From positions 3,410,001-3,474,000 of the forward strand of contig OZ176058.1 in the NCBI GenBank assembly GCA_964247055.1: 64,000 bases of DNA. Direction: 5' to 3'. Source of the DNA: Paragordius varius. Taxonomy: Eukaryota > Animalia > Nematomorpha. Position 1 is the stretch's first letter; each line of letters starts with the position of its first letter. The position numbers were made by a program, and so were the translations under genes. The notes under the pieces were generated by a model. That model saw only the letters and a program-made list of their open reading frames with translations, ran no database searches and was not told the origin of the DNA. This document shows positions 40,599 to 54,539 of the stretch, one piece after another.

Positions 40599-43500
40599 GG
40601 ATGAACACAGAAGAGAAATGATTAAAATCAAACAAAAATATGAACGCGAGAAAATAGATTTAACCATATATGCTGAAGATCAAAAGAAGTTATATATGGA
40701 TTCTTTAAACTCCTCCAAGGATATAAAGAAAGAACTTCAGGTAATTATTAAATATCGTAAATGTTTATGAAATGGCATGGGTATTTTTTTAATTATCTAA
40801 TTAATTTTATTGCTAGGACCCAGGATATATTTTTATTAAGCACCCTAAACCTTGACCCTATATGCTAAAATTAGTTTTTTTTAGTTTCATATCTGGCGAT
40901 TTTTATCTATACTAATATTTTCACATTATGGATGAAAAATAGAATAAGAAATGGAATATGGAAATGTTGGAAACTGATTTGCAGACCGCCAGAGAACAAA
41001 CACAATCATTTCAAAAACGTATCGATATGCTGCAAAAAGAAATAATAACATTGCAAGAAGAACGTGATAAAGTACTAAAAAAAATAATTTTCCATTAAAT
41101 TTACAATGATTTTTTATACGATAGGTCATATTTTATAACTATTTTTTATTAGGTGATTAGAAAATGTAAATGATACATAATGACTTAAATTAAGGGTACC
41201 ATTTATGCTTTTTAAGTGACTCTTTTTGGATAGCCTCAATTATTCGACTTCCTAATTGAAAAAATGGGTTTCATCACGATATAAGAGAAAAACACGCATA
41301 AGCAAAAAATACAGCTCTTTTCAATTTTTGACTGTATAATTTTTTTGGTTAAATGAACGACTTAAAATTTTTGCCATATGTTTGCATTTGTACAAAAACT
41401 ATTTTTTACGGTACTCAACTGGTTGGAGCCAAAATACTAGGAACAGCTGTATTTTATTTTTAGTTTTCATTTTTCTCTTATATGACCGCTAATTTTTTCG
41501 AAGCCCATTATCACTATCAATTAAATTGAATCTTCCAAATCGTACAAGCATTACCACTAAATTTGACAATATTATATTTTAAGAATATTTATAAATTTTG
41601 TTAATATAACTGCACTATTTTTTCCATACACCAAAAAAAGGTTTACAAACAAAAAAAGTATTTGGATGGAGCTCTTTGTGATTGTGAATCCGAATTGGCT
41701 GAACTCAAGTCGGCCAAGGCTGCCCTTCAAAACAGTCATATCAACGTAAAAAATAGTTTACTTGAGACACAAGAGGAATTATCTGCAAAGGAAGAAATTA
41801 TACGGGAAAACGCACTGAAACTTACGGCATACAAAAGTGAAACTACCAAATTAACAACGGAACTTGAGAGTGCCAAGCAAGAAATTGAAGAACTTAAAAT
41901 ATTAGTTGCTGGTCTCCGACGCGAACGCGATAATTTGGACGTTCAGTTAAAAACTCTCGAAACAAAAAAATCTGATAATACAGGCTATAAAAAGCACATT
42001 GGTGAATTGGAGAATCAGGTAGTAAATAATTTTGTATTCATTAAAGTATTTATATATTTCGAATGTTACTTGATTAAATTTATTCATTTCATGCTGTTGT
42101 ATCTAGCTCAAAGAACTTGAAAATGAGACTTACGTTAAGGAATTATCGCTTCGGGATCGAATTGAGGAATTAGAATACGAATTAAGTCAAAGCACCACAA
42201 ATGCTAGAAATTTACAAGAAACCTTGCAAACTGAACTCCCGGAAATACGGAAAAAATGTCAACGCTTTGAGGAAAAATGTGACGAGGAGCGCAAAAAAGC
42301 GTTTCAGATGGTTAGTTATTTTACATAAGTTGCAGTATGATAAATATATATTACTAGTTTGCTAGGTAGGATATGCAGCAAAGACCGTTATTATTAGTTT
42401 ATAGCAGTAAAAAGCGAAAAGAAATAGTGCTATATGGCAATAATTAATAAAATTGTATACTTACTCATACTGTAAAAAATGTTTAAATAATAGGCATCAT
42501 TTAATTAACATACTGAACAACTGACTGGGTTTGCTAAAATTAAATTAATTAGTTTTTAAGATAAAAAATCATAATCAAATGCATATATCGTACATTTTCA
42601 TCATTATATGTTTCTTGTTAAACAATTTTTTCTTGTATTAAATTATTGAGAGACAAACGGTAACAGCCTATATAGGTGTTAGAATTTTTACTGTTTTTTA
42701 TGCTCTAAAACAGGAATTAAAATGTCAAGAAAAAGATACACAACTCAAAACAACCCAAAAACAATTGACAAAATTGTCGGACAAGTACGATAATCTCCAG
42801 TTGCGTCTTAACACTTGGATGAGATACGGTAACATTCTATTATTTTCTGATATTCTAAGCCAGGAGGGCGTCCACTACAACTAGCTTCGAGGAATTCACA
42901 ATCGAAATCGGATGAGATTTATTTGGATAAAATTTGTTTAAGACATATCAATTTTTCTAAGATTTTGTAAATATTAAATATTTTCACAATATGCTATTCG
43001 GATTTATTTGGTAAATATAAAAAATTTTTGGTGGGCTATTTATTTCTTAAAAGGACCGCCTGTTGGACATTTTTAGCCCCTTATACTTTGTTGGGTAAAA
43101 TATATCAAATAACCCAAAAATGGATAGAAGAATGGATATGAATAAACATGATTTTGTTATGCCGATATCGTTTGTTGTCCAAAAATATACGATTTCATTA
43201 ACCGAAATAAATCTTCTCATTTAATCGAAATGCTAAATAATTAATTAAGATAACGCAGATTTTAAACCATGAAAGTTTTATAAAGAATAATTTTCAAACG
43301 AGATAAGATCTAAATATATTCAATGGCATAAGAAAGTATTGGTTATGATTGATTCAATATATTAAATAAATAAAAAAATTGAAATAACACCTACCAAAAA
43401 ACGTGTGTTAGTTGAATATATAAATAGAAAAATTGGCACTTAGCGTAATTACATTATCAAAAATAGAGTTAGTTTTCATTTATTATTTCAGACATTTATA

Positions 43501-46500
43501 GTTAGGATCATTATTATTGGCTTAAAATTAGTACAATTAAAATATTTTCCATTCCCCTTTGCTTCCTTTTGGCCCATAAAACTTCTATTACCTGTAAATG
43601 CTATCTACAAACCGTAACGCCGTTTCGAATTTATTTTAAATTTTATAGTTTGGGTCAAATTCAAAAATATGCATTTTTTAGCATTTTAGTCACATGACTC
43701 ATAAAATTCAATAAATTTGTAATCGTAATAAAATCCCCATCTCAAACTTTTTCGCAAATCGCTAATACCATAGTATAATATAGTATATTATGGTTAATTT
43801 GTTTATAATTAACTTTAAAAGTTTTAAAATTACATTATCTATAATATTGAAATCGCCTGTAATCGGGTTTTGGAGCTAACCCCATTACGGAGTAAAAAAT
43901 TTAAAACTGTAATATAAGTTTTCATGTACTACCAAAGAACACTGTTTGATTATTATTAAATTTTAAAATTATTTTTCTAACTATGTATACCCAAAAATAT
44001 GTTTTTGTATAAAGCTGATGCTCTCTTAAACTAATTTTTTTTCGTTTGTTTGTAAATCAGGATCTAGACGAGCAGGGACAGGACCAGCTACCGCAACTGC
44101 TTATGGCAACGCTGCCGAGGGAAACCCCTATAACTACAGTAATATATTATATACAGACAAAATGTAATAAGATAAATATTTTTTGTACAAAAAAACAGCC
44201 AACCATACTTTTTTAACCTTAATTTTTCTTTAAAAATTATTTTAATACAATCGTAATAAAATATATTTTTGTCTGTATGTTTCCAATCTACATCTCTTCT
44301 CTATTTGATACTTTGCTATTTATTTAAATTAATATAAAATATTTCAATTAAGTGTTAAATACGCATATTTTCATCTTGTTTAAGAAAAAAAATATTTGTC
44401 TTTTATAATGGTAATTAACGGATTGGTTATGTTTTGTAATAACAGTTGTTAAAATCCGTAAGATAACGATAAAGGAAAATTAAAAATGAAGTATAAATAT
44501 TTAATTCTATTTAATTTTCCTTTATCGTTAGCTTACGGATTTTAACAACTGTTATTTGTCTTTTATGTTTTTACATTCGTTTATTCTCTTTAATTTTCAC
44601 TGTGTTAACATATCATATATATCAAGGTATGAATAATGCCCCAAACCCGTATATGCCAGCCTCTCAAAATAACTATTATTGGAATAACTCAAAAAGTCCC
44701 ATGTCTCCGACCTATTTAGGGCAAAATGGGGTATTCGCCCAGCAATCCAGTTTTTTGCCTAATAATAATAATCAATATATTAATAATAATAATCAATCAT
44801 CTTCAACTAATAATGCCTTTAATAATTCAAATGCCGCCAACCCAGTCAATTATTTTCATAACCATGGGGCGGCCGTCAATGGTGGTACAAACGGAATGTA
44901 TTATGATTACATGCAGGGTATATATATATATATATATATATATATACCATTTACAATTCAAATTCACCCTTGAACAATTCGAGTTTACCCTTCAACAATT
45001 CTATTCATCCTATAATATATTATGCGTTTTTTAGGATTAAAAATTACTTTTATTTTATAATATTTTTAAAATATGAAATTCTCTGGTTAAAATTAATATA
45101 ATGCTAAATAATAAACTATGTCGTAAAATATATTTCAACTTAATGGTGAGTTATATTATCCCGTAAAACACATAATTTATTTTTAGGGTAAATGTGAATT
45201 GGTCAAGGGCGAATTTGAATTGTTCGAGAATGAATTTGAATTATTTGAATTTTAAATGGTGTATCATTATTTAGCGCATTGAAATAAAAATTATTGTGAG
45301 TTTTCCTTCAATCCCTAAAAATTGTGCAAATTTCTCTCATCACTGTCAGCTCTGGGCAGTCGAGTTTAAGAGTATACACATTGATGTTGGTCAATTTACA
45401 TGATTTTGGTTAATAATTGGTAACACAGTAAATAGCATTTCGGTAATCACAAATGCTTGAAAAATTACAATTTTTGCCTATCTTACAACATTAAATTTTA
45501 TTTAGTTATGGACAAAGTTTGTTTCATACGCTATTGTAATACCAATTGGCAAATAATCATTTGAATCGACCAACATTAATGTGCATACTGTGCTTTCACC
45601 CATTTCCTAATACAATATAATTAACCTTTAAATAAAATAGGGAAAAAAACTCTAAGATGTCGAATTCTATGATCACAAGGGTAAAATATAGATAATCAAA
45701 ATGATAATGGGTCAATATTTTTGGGGAAAACATTCTATGTTTTACTAATTTTTTTGTACAACTTGTTTACTATTCTTATGATTATTATTGCAGTAAGAAT
45801 TGAATTTACACAGGCAAAATGTGACCAAAAAGAAATTTTTCGAAAACTAACCATATCTAAAAAATTTTTAGTTTTGACTTTAAAATGTCAAATAGGGATA
45901 AAATTGTTAACAACATACTCAATTATACATTTTACAACTGTAATATGCAAAAAATTAGGATATAAAAAGTATGGTTGTCGTTTTAATTATTTAGATTTTG
46001 TCTGTATACAATTTTTACTTCAAATAAGCCTTTAATTTATATTACCGCGATATATTTCTATAGGTTATGAGTATGGCAATGGCTTAAATAATAATTACGC
46101 TAATAATGGGAAGTACCCTTACAATACAACCGATTTTGAATACGATGAATATGGACAACAGTATATATTAAATTTTTATATCAAACTTATTTTTTTCTGG
46201 ATCTCTTGTTTAAATTACCAATTTGTTTTACTAATAATTAGAAAAGAGACAAATGTTTTTATCTTTTGTTTTTTTAGAATATCACTCAGCGTTTTAATTC
46301 AATTGATGTAATCATCTACGAGGTTGTAAAATGAAAGAATAATTATACGGTTATCTTTTCTGTATGCTATTGGCTCCTTTATATATTGCTTCAACTTTAA
46401 CCTATAAGGCGGAAAACGCCATCTTTATAGTAAATATAAGATTTTATGGAGATTATTTTCTTGGTCTACCTTTGCAAATAGAAGTCATAGTAGTTCCATT

Positions 46501-48785
46501 CAAGCAATAGGTGGATTTATGAAACAAGAATTTGAAGATGACAGTGCTTATTACGTGTCATAGTGTGAGACGCGTTTCGTCCTTGTTGTGGACTCATCAG
46601 TCCCACTTAATGAACACGGGTAAACACCGTCAGTTAATAGTTTCTATATATATACTGAGTATTATAAGATTTAAGACCAATTATAGTTGGTGAAAGAGAA
46701 AACAGAGAACTTTGGCCCGGAGAGGGCAACCGATTGTACTTATATTAAGCCAATTACCATATCTCCTTTTTATCCATCAGCCAGGATGGGGCTTATATAA
46801 TTAGAAAATCACAAATTTTTGCCGGCCCTAAGTTCTCTGTTTTCTCTTTCACCAAATATATTAAAATACTCAGTGACAGTGTTTACCCGTGTTCATTATG
46901 TGTGACTGATAAGTCCACAAGGACGAAACGCGTCTCACACTATTACACGTAATAAACACTGTCCTCTTTAAATTCTCGTTTCATAAAGCCACCTATCACC
47001 TATTGCTTGTTAGGGAGTACTATAACTTCTAATTGCAAAGGTAGGCTAAGAAAATAATCTCTATATAATGTTTTTATATTTAACTTTAATGTCCAACTAC
47101 TGAAATTATACGGAACGTAAAAATTAGACTAATATTTTCTTATAAAAGACAATCTTTTAAATCTTGATATTAATTAGAAATAATCGTTTTCATTTGCATA
47201 AAAAACCAGAGATGTTTATTGGTAATGCACATAATATAATTTAAAATTGTAATTTACAGGAAAAGTTAAGGTTTGATAAAGCACGGTATTTTTTAGTTTT
47301 ACGGTAAAAATTAAAATTATACGGACAAAAGTGTAAAAATAAGACAAATATAAAACCTTAATTTTTCTCATATCTATTTAGTTACAATCGTAACTATAGA
47401 ATTTATTGTGTTAGTTCCATATATCTATTTCACATGCCATTTAAATTTTGATTAAAAAAGTACGGTTGTCTTTTAGAAAAACATATTTGTCTTCATATTT
47501 TCACGTTTTGTCCGTATAATTTCAAATTTTACTGTATTTGTACAATTTCAATTTTTTCATCAATTTTTAATATGTATTTTTCTGAATATACACGATTAGG
47601 GGTTATAGCGTAACTTCTCCATCAAATTTTGTATCCAGAAATGGGTATGGAAATACGCCAGGCATTGAAACATATGTAGACGAATTTGGATTTGAAAGAC
47701 CCGTTTTTAATAATAATACTAACGCCACGACGAATCCTAATAGTATGGATCTATATATACCATTTACATTTAAATACACCCTTGAACAATTCAAAATAAC
47801 CCTAAAAAAATTGTGTTTTCAGGCTAATATAACTCATCATCAACATAAATTTATGACAAAGGAAATTTCATTTATTAAAATATGTAAAATATACGTAGTG
47901 TTTAATATTCGAAAAAACTTACTTTATTATAGGGTGAATCGGTATTGTTCAAGGGTTAATTTGGGCTTTAAATGGTATATAAAAATATATAATAGCAAAT
48001 AAGTAAACGATTTCAAACTATTTGCCATTATGATATAATAGTATTTTAGGTTCATATTTTATATTATAAGTTTATACAGTTAAAATTATTACAGAGAAAA
48101 AGATGTTTTAAAAGACAATTTTTTTAAATAATGTCATCTAATTCATAGTATATATTTATCAGATATACTATATCATTACAAAGGTGAAATGATAATTGAG
48201 TCTGCTAACTATTTAAATCTGTTTTCCTTATTATGCCGCCAAAATAATGAATTATATTTAAAAAAACTAGATTTAAATAATATGGATATTAATAAAAATA
48301 TTTGTCTTTTTAGATTTTACGTGTTGCCTCTATAATTACAATTTATAAGGTTAAAGTACTGTTAACTAATACACTTTGTTGTTTTCCCCTAGCTAAGATT
48401 GGGGTCGATTTGTCCCTATTTTGCAAATTCACCCGTAAATATTATTTTAAATTGACCCTTGAACAATTGGATTTCAACCTAATAATAAATTATATGTTTT
48501 GAAGAGCAAAATTCACTTATTTTTTAATATTTTTAAAAAGAAATTTCGTTTAAAACCTATATAATATCGAAAAGAAAAACTATGTGGAAATTTTATTAAT
48601 ATTGAGTTAAATTATCCCCAAAACACATAAATTTTCAAAATGTTTTGAAGGGTGAATCCCAAGTGTAAATGACATTTTAAATTTTTTATCTTCATATTTT
48701 AGGGGAACCCAATAAAAATTACATTGTTCAAACAGCGGATGCCTCTGATCCACAATCTAAAACAAATACAGTTTTAGCGGAATAA
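40599..48785 (+). CDS. 5'-truncated paralog of the coiled-coil gene (last 11 exons, ~566 codons, frame intact)
   Basis: Exons 40599-40740, 40943-41071, 41641-42018, 42107-42310, 42714-42828, 44061-44138, 44627-44917, 46064-46160, 47600-47742, 48393-48434, 48703-48785. Lengths are identical to copy 1 except one extra codon, splice sites are kept, and most changes are synonymous. Exons 1-3 are not duplicated; an in-frame ATG lies at 40618. Confidence 0.72.
46563..46606 (-). ncRNA. Minimal type-I hammerhead ribozyme, intact core
   Basis: Reverse complement reads GTGGGA CTGATGA GTCC acaacaa GGAC GAAA CGCG TC TCACAC, with one stem-I mismatch. Confidence 0.85.
46900..46940 (+). ncRNA. Hammerhead ribozyme copy with a mutated core (probably inactive)
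   Basis: GTGTGA CTGATAA GTCC acaa GGAC GAAA CGCG TC TCACAC; the conserved G8 is changed to A and loop II is shortened. Confidence 0.75.
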
Positions 48786-50940
48786 TTTTTCAAAACGCAT
48801 TTCAATTTTTTAGTTTACAAAATTCATATTAATTTGATATTTTATACCAATTTTTATTTTAATACTCGCATTTAGACAATTGATTTTTCTATTTTTTATT
48901 ATTAATAGTTTTTAATTTGTTAAAATTATATTTTATTACATTTTGTGTTTTATAGTTATTTAGAGTTAATATATATTTATATTGAATTTTGATATATTTT
49001 CAAAATACAGTATGCTATTCGGGCTAATTCACAGTATAGATGAATCTATTGACAACACAGAAGTGTATGGAAGAATATATACAAAATGTTGTAATTAAAC
49101 AATTTTTTCCAATCTCACATAACTTTGTTTTATTTGATTATGGACAACATTTGTTTTATAACACACGCTACTGTATTCTAATTGGTTAACAATACTGTGA
49201 ATAAGCCTGGATAAATAAGCAAATCATGATATTTATTTATAATAATAATTCTATCCGGTTTTTGTGCAAAACTTCTTTTTTATTTTATATATTCAAATAA
49301 ATAAATATTAATATTTTTTACCATGAAGCATAATAAAAAATTTAAATTTACAACGTATACGGTGGTAAAATTTATTATACAGACATATAAAACTTAATGA
49401 CAATAATTTGTAAAAAAGACAACCATATTTTAATGAAAGTTAATTATTCTGACGATAAGCCATTAAATTACAATTTTGAAGAGTTTAACGAACACTTAAA
49501 CCTATATTTCCCATTTTGCGACAAATAGTAAGATAATTTATTAAACAAGGTATTGTAAATATGGTTGGCTGCCTTCAAAAAAAGTTTGTCTTTTAGTTTT
49601 TACGTTGTGTCTTTAAGTTTTTATTTAATGTATTTATATAACAACTTTTAATATTTGAATCATGCCTTGAAAAGTTTTTTTGATATTCGGCCAACTCTCT
49701 TTTGTAAAAGTTGATCAATAAAATGAATAAACGACATATATATGTTGGCAAAATATATCATTAACTCACTAAACTTTCTTTAATTGTACGCGTTGACATC
49801 TTGGGGTAGTTTTTTTTACCTCAGAGCTTTAAGTAAACAATACTGTTTTTAAACTTGTTTTGTTTAAAATTTATTTATCAAACTCCATTCTCCTGTATTA
49901 GTTGGACAATCTTACAGTTTTTTAACTTCATCTAGAGCCCAAATTCAGATAATTCCAAATCACGACTGGGCAAATGCTGATATAAATTAATAAATATTGA
50001 TTGCTGGTAGATTGTAAGCTAAAAATTTCCAAAGTTAGTTGTTTATAATTATATGGCGGCGAATGGAGATAGGATTTTTTAAATATTTTTTAAATCATGC
50101 GCTTAAATGGCCAAAGAACGCTTTGTTATATTTGGCTTAATGCTAATATTGTATTTTATGACATATTAAAATTTTATATAACTTGGATCTTAAAACAACC
50201 GAAAAAGTTATGTGTTAAAATTGAAGTTTTAGTTATTTTATATAATATGAATATTTTTTAGCCATTAATGAAATCTAGATATCAGCCAACAGTTTGAGTA
50301 AGCTGAAGTAATTAAATATTCTACATTTTAATGTAAAAAAATTGTTAAAAACTTCGCTGAGTTGTAATAAATGTATTTCAAAAATTTAAAGATAATGCTT
50401 TAATAAGATCGTACTTTTTTCCAATATATTACCAGAAGCGACATTTATATTGAATAAATTAGGAAATATATAATTTGTTTTTACAGCTTGCATTTACAAA
50501 ATAATTATAAATTAAGTTTTCGTTGTAAACTGAAAAAAACTGACTTTGGAGATATATTTCTGATAATAACAGCCTGCCTTTTAAGATATTCTAGTAACCC
50601 GCTTTGTATAACTAGGATTGCTGAGTCATTTAAACAGAATTTTATCACCTTATATAAAAACAAATGAGATTTATAAGACAAAAATCAGCTATGTAAACAC
50701 AAGTGCAATTATTAGCTCTACCTATTATAATCAATTTCTTATATTAAACGTTAAAATTTATAACAATTCTTATATTATATAGAATATGAAGATTTTTTTT
50801 CGAAGAAAAAATCATTTCAAAAGAATATTGCTTTGTTAACGGTATACTAATCATCAACTTAAAAAAGTATATAAGGACGAGAGGAAATCTAAACTGCCAC
50901 AATTAATATTTTGCGTTTTTTTTATCACTCAAAAACAAAA

Positions 50941-53133
50941 ATGTATGTTAATTTGGGTTTTTTAACCTACGCTATCCTATTCAGTCTGTTTGCCATTTTT
51001 ACTGTTAAATGTGAAATCAAAGAATCTGATAAACCTGCGGCAGTCGAAGCCTGTGTCAAACATTATTCAACGTAAGTCCTCACAACAAGTCAATAGTTAG
51101 AGTTTTTTGAAATAAAATATAAAAATTTAAGACTAATTATTATTTTTGTGATTAAAAGACAACCCCACCATACTTTTTAATATTTAAATTTTTACTTACA
51201 GAGTCATGTATCCTTTATTTTTTCAAAAATCTAATTTTTTTCCCCCTTAAATGGGTATAAATATTTGGTAAATGATGGAAAAACAAGAGTTCTATGGTAT
51301 TTCTTATACTTTCCGATGAAAATGATATTGTTAATGCTCTTGTTTTTTCCATTCTTTGCCAATATTTATACCCATTTGATGAAAAAAATAAATTATTGAT
51401 AAAATAAAGGATACATGATTGTATATACATGGAAAGTTGACGGACAAAACATAAATATATAAAGGCAAATATTTTTATCTAATAGACAATCATACTTTTT
51501 TACAGATAGCATTTACAGTAATTCACACTCGAACAATTCAAATTCCTAAAATAAGTTATGTCTTTTTAACGCATTATTTTGAAATATTTTAAAAAAAAGA
51601 AATTTGTTTAAATAATGCTGAAAAAATAATAAACTATGTAGTAAAAATATATTTCTAAAATTAATAATGATCCCGAAAACACATAATTTATTTTTAGGGG
51701 GAATTTGAATTGTTCAAGGGCCAATTTGAATTGTAAATGGTATATAAAGTTTTCCATTTATAATTTTACAAATATAAACTCTATTTCATACTTTATAAAT
51801 AAAAACAATTATTTATAATATTTCAGCAATCTGAGGTTGAAAAAGTTTAATCTTTTAAAAAAAATATATGTCTTTATATTTTTACGCCTTATCCGTATTT
51901 AATATTAATTTTATTGTAAATTAGTGGTACTCACTAAAATTTTTAAAGGGCGGAAAAATTATATTTTCTTGTCTCAAGAGCTGTGGACAATATAATATGG
52001 CGATAAAATTTTATAGTTGTTTAATAACACATTTGTAGATGTTTATACTCAATAATAAATATCCATAAATTTCCATAAAAAAGACCCTATACGACCAATG
52101 GGCGGTAGTTTAAGTAACACTAATTATTTTAATTTTATACGTTATATAAAGTCGCCTGAGCGAGAGATAATTGCATATAATTAATCCTTGACATAAACGG
52201 AAGAATTAAAAATGTTTAGTATTATTTATATCAAATTTTTATTACGTATTTTTATTTATATGTATGTAGATTTGGATTCGGTAAACCTAAAATGTGCGCT
52301 AAGAATGCTGCCCGGTCAGCTTCCGAAAAAAAATTTAAAAATATTAATCTAAACAAGCAATGGACTTGTTTGAAAGATCCCCTTGGTTTAAAGAAAAAAA
52401 TGTGCATGTGTGGAAAGTATATAATTTGTTCATATTTTTTATACATACAGTTAATAAAAAACTATTAAAAAAATAAATATAAAATTTACAAGCTAGTGTC
52501 GTCTATATTTTTAAACTTTATAAATTTCTCTAGCAAAAAATAAAATGTTAAATGATTGATTAATTGAGGATTATGTTTCATGGTCCCCATAATTATAAAC
52601 TATAAGTGAAATATTAAAATTACTTGCTACCTATAAACTTTTAAAAATTTTTTTTTGGGAACCTAAGGTAAAAATTGTAACCATAACATAATCCTTAAAT
52701 AGTAAAAGACTGTCGCATTCGTTAAAAAATATCATGGATTTTACATTAAAAGCAACTCTTTTATATATTTTTTTGAATTAATAATTTTTTTGAATTATTT
52801 AAGGCTATGTTAATTTAATGATTTAACTAATAATAAAGTTTAAGTAAATGATTTAATTTTGTTATGTTGCTTAAACAAATGTAAAAATCTTCCAATTAAA
52901 AGAAAAATAAAACTGTGCTTTTAAAAGAAACGTATATTTAGCCGATATATACTAGGCATAGATGATGAATTTTCTGTCTGTTTAACGGTTTAATTTATAG
53001 GCAAACAAATATTCTTATTTTAACATCTTTAATTAATTTAAGTAAATTAATTAATAATTTATACTTTTAATAATTACTATTTAGGAGTTCGAACCCGCGT
53101 GAAGCTGATTTTATAGAAGTGCACGAATGTTAA
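50941..53133 (+). CDS. Small secreted Cys-rich protein, paralog b
   Basis: Exons 50941-51071, possible microexon 51827-51835, 52270-52416, 53085-53133 (TAA). Same 6 Cys; the central segment reads EKKFKNINLNKQ instead of ERQFKKVGGLNKQ. Confidence 0.8.
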
Positions 53134-54539
53134 TTCTGAAAAGCACTGCAAGAACTCATAAGCCATTATTATAGTTTTTTCATCATCAATCAAGTTTCTT
53201 ATTCATATTTAGTTAATCAAAATTATATAAATTATTTAAATAAATAAATTTATAGTAAAAATCAAATTCATATGCACAAAACATAAAAAACAATAATTTT
53301 TTTATAACATAATTTATAAATTTTATCATCATTGTTGCAATTATGATTCAACTTTGATGAATCTATTGAGTAAACTTTCTATTACTACAAGTAATCTATG
53401 TCAAACTTTAATAATAAAACTACAAATAAAAATATTTAACACTTCGATTCAAATTGGGGTATATTAATACTGCGACTTGATTTAAATCCATATTTTCAAA
53501 AAACTACTGAGGGAAACGGCCCCAATTTAAATTTATGCTTTCATCCTAATAAAATTATACAAATAAGCTAAAATATTACATTAAAATTTTAGTTTTGAAA
53601 AACAAGATTTATGTCAGACTACTTGACGCCATTATTATTATACAAATATTTGCAAAATATCGTGTTCATTTAATTTTTAAACTTAAAATAAAAGCTAATT
53701 TTTTATTTAAATTACATCTAACGTTGATAATAATAAAAAAGTGGTTTATTTTGTATTACTTTTCAATTTAGCCAATGCACACATGTTACGTTGACTAAAT
53801 TTTACCTTTAGGTTTCGCCCAGGGCTTGAAACCTGTTCAAAAAAAGTGGAAAAATGGATTAAATATAAAGAATATCCTACTAGAATTTTTCCCAGAAAAA
53901 AGACTGAACTTGATTAAAAACGAGTATTTACTTACTTGCGCATAGGATGGGGTAAGTCGGTCAAAGTATTATTGTATTAGTCCACTAGTAAAAGGTATAA
54001 AAAAACAGGCATACAAGTAAATTATGTAACGGAATAACAAAGAGTAAACGACACAAATATTTTTTGAAGACAACAAACATATTTTATTAATTCATATAAT
54101 TCAACTTTAAGAGCGCTACTAAGGAATTATTTTTTTATATTACAACCACATAATATGAAGTGTGGGATATTTATGATGGATTAATAAAGAGGTTCTGTTG
54201 TTTGTTATGCGTTAAATGTTTAGGATAAAACTTCTTAGTTAAAGATGTTTAGTATGAAATCTAACTGTAGATAGACTTAAATGAGGTTAATATACTTGTC
54301 ATTGAGAATTTAAAGATAAAAAATTCATTTTTAATTTGACCATAAAATCGTCAAGGCAAAATTTAAAGGGTAAGCATGCCTTTCCCTTTATATATAAATA
54401 TAGGAATAAAAATAGGATTATATAGGAAAAAAAAGTAAAAACGGATATAATTTCATGGTTTCGAAATTAACTTGGCATAAACCAAAGGCATATCAAATGA
54501 CGCCACATGCTGACAATCAAAATGGGCTAACACTGTATA

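Larger units (their letters stand above)
46390..47089 (-). mobile_element. Complete hammerhead-bearing inverted-arm insertion (Penelope-like pLTR derivative)
   Basis: TTCAACTTTAA (46390-46400), tail, left arm ~46429-46720, spacer, inverted right arm ~46812-47084, TTTAACTTTAA (47079-47089). Each arm contains a hammerhead motif. Confidence 0.72.
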
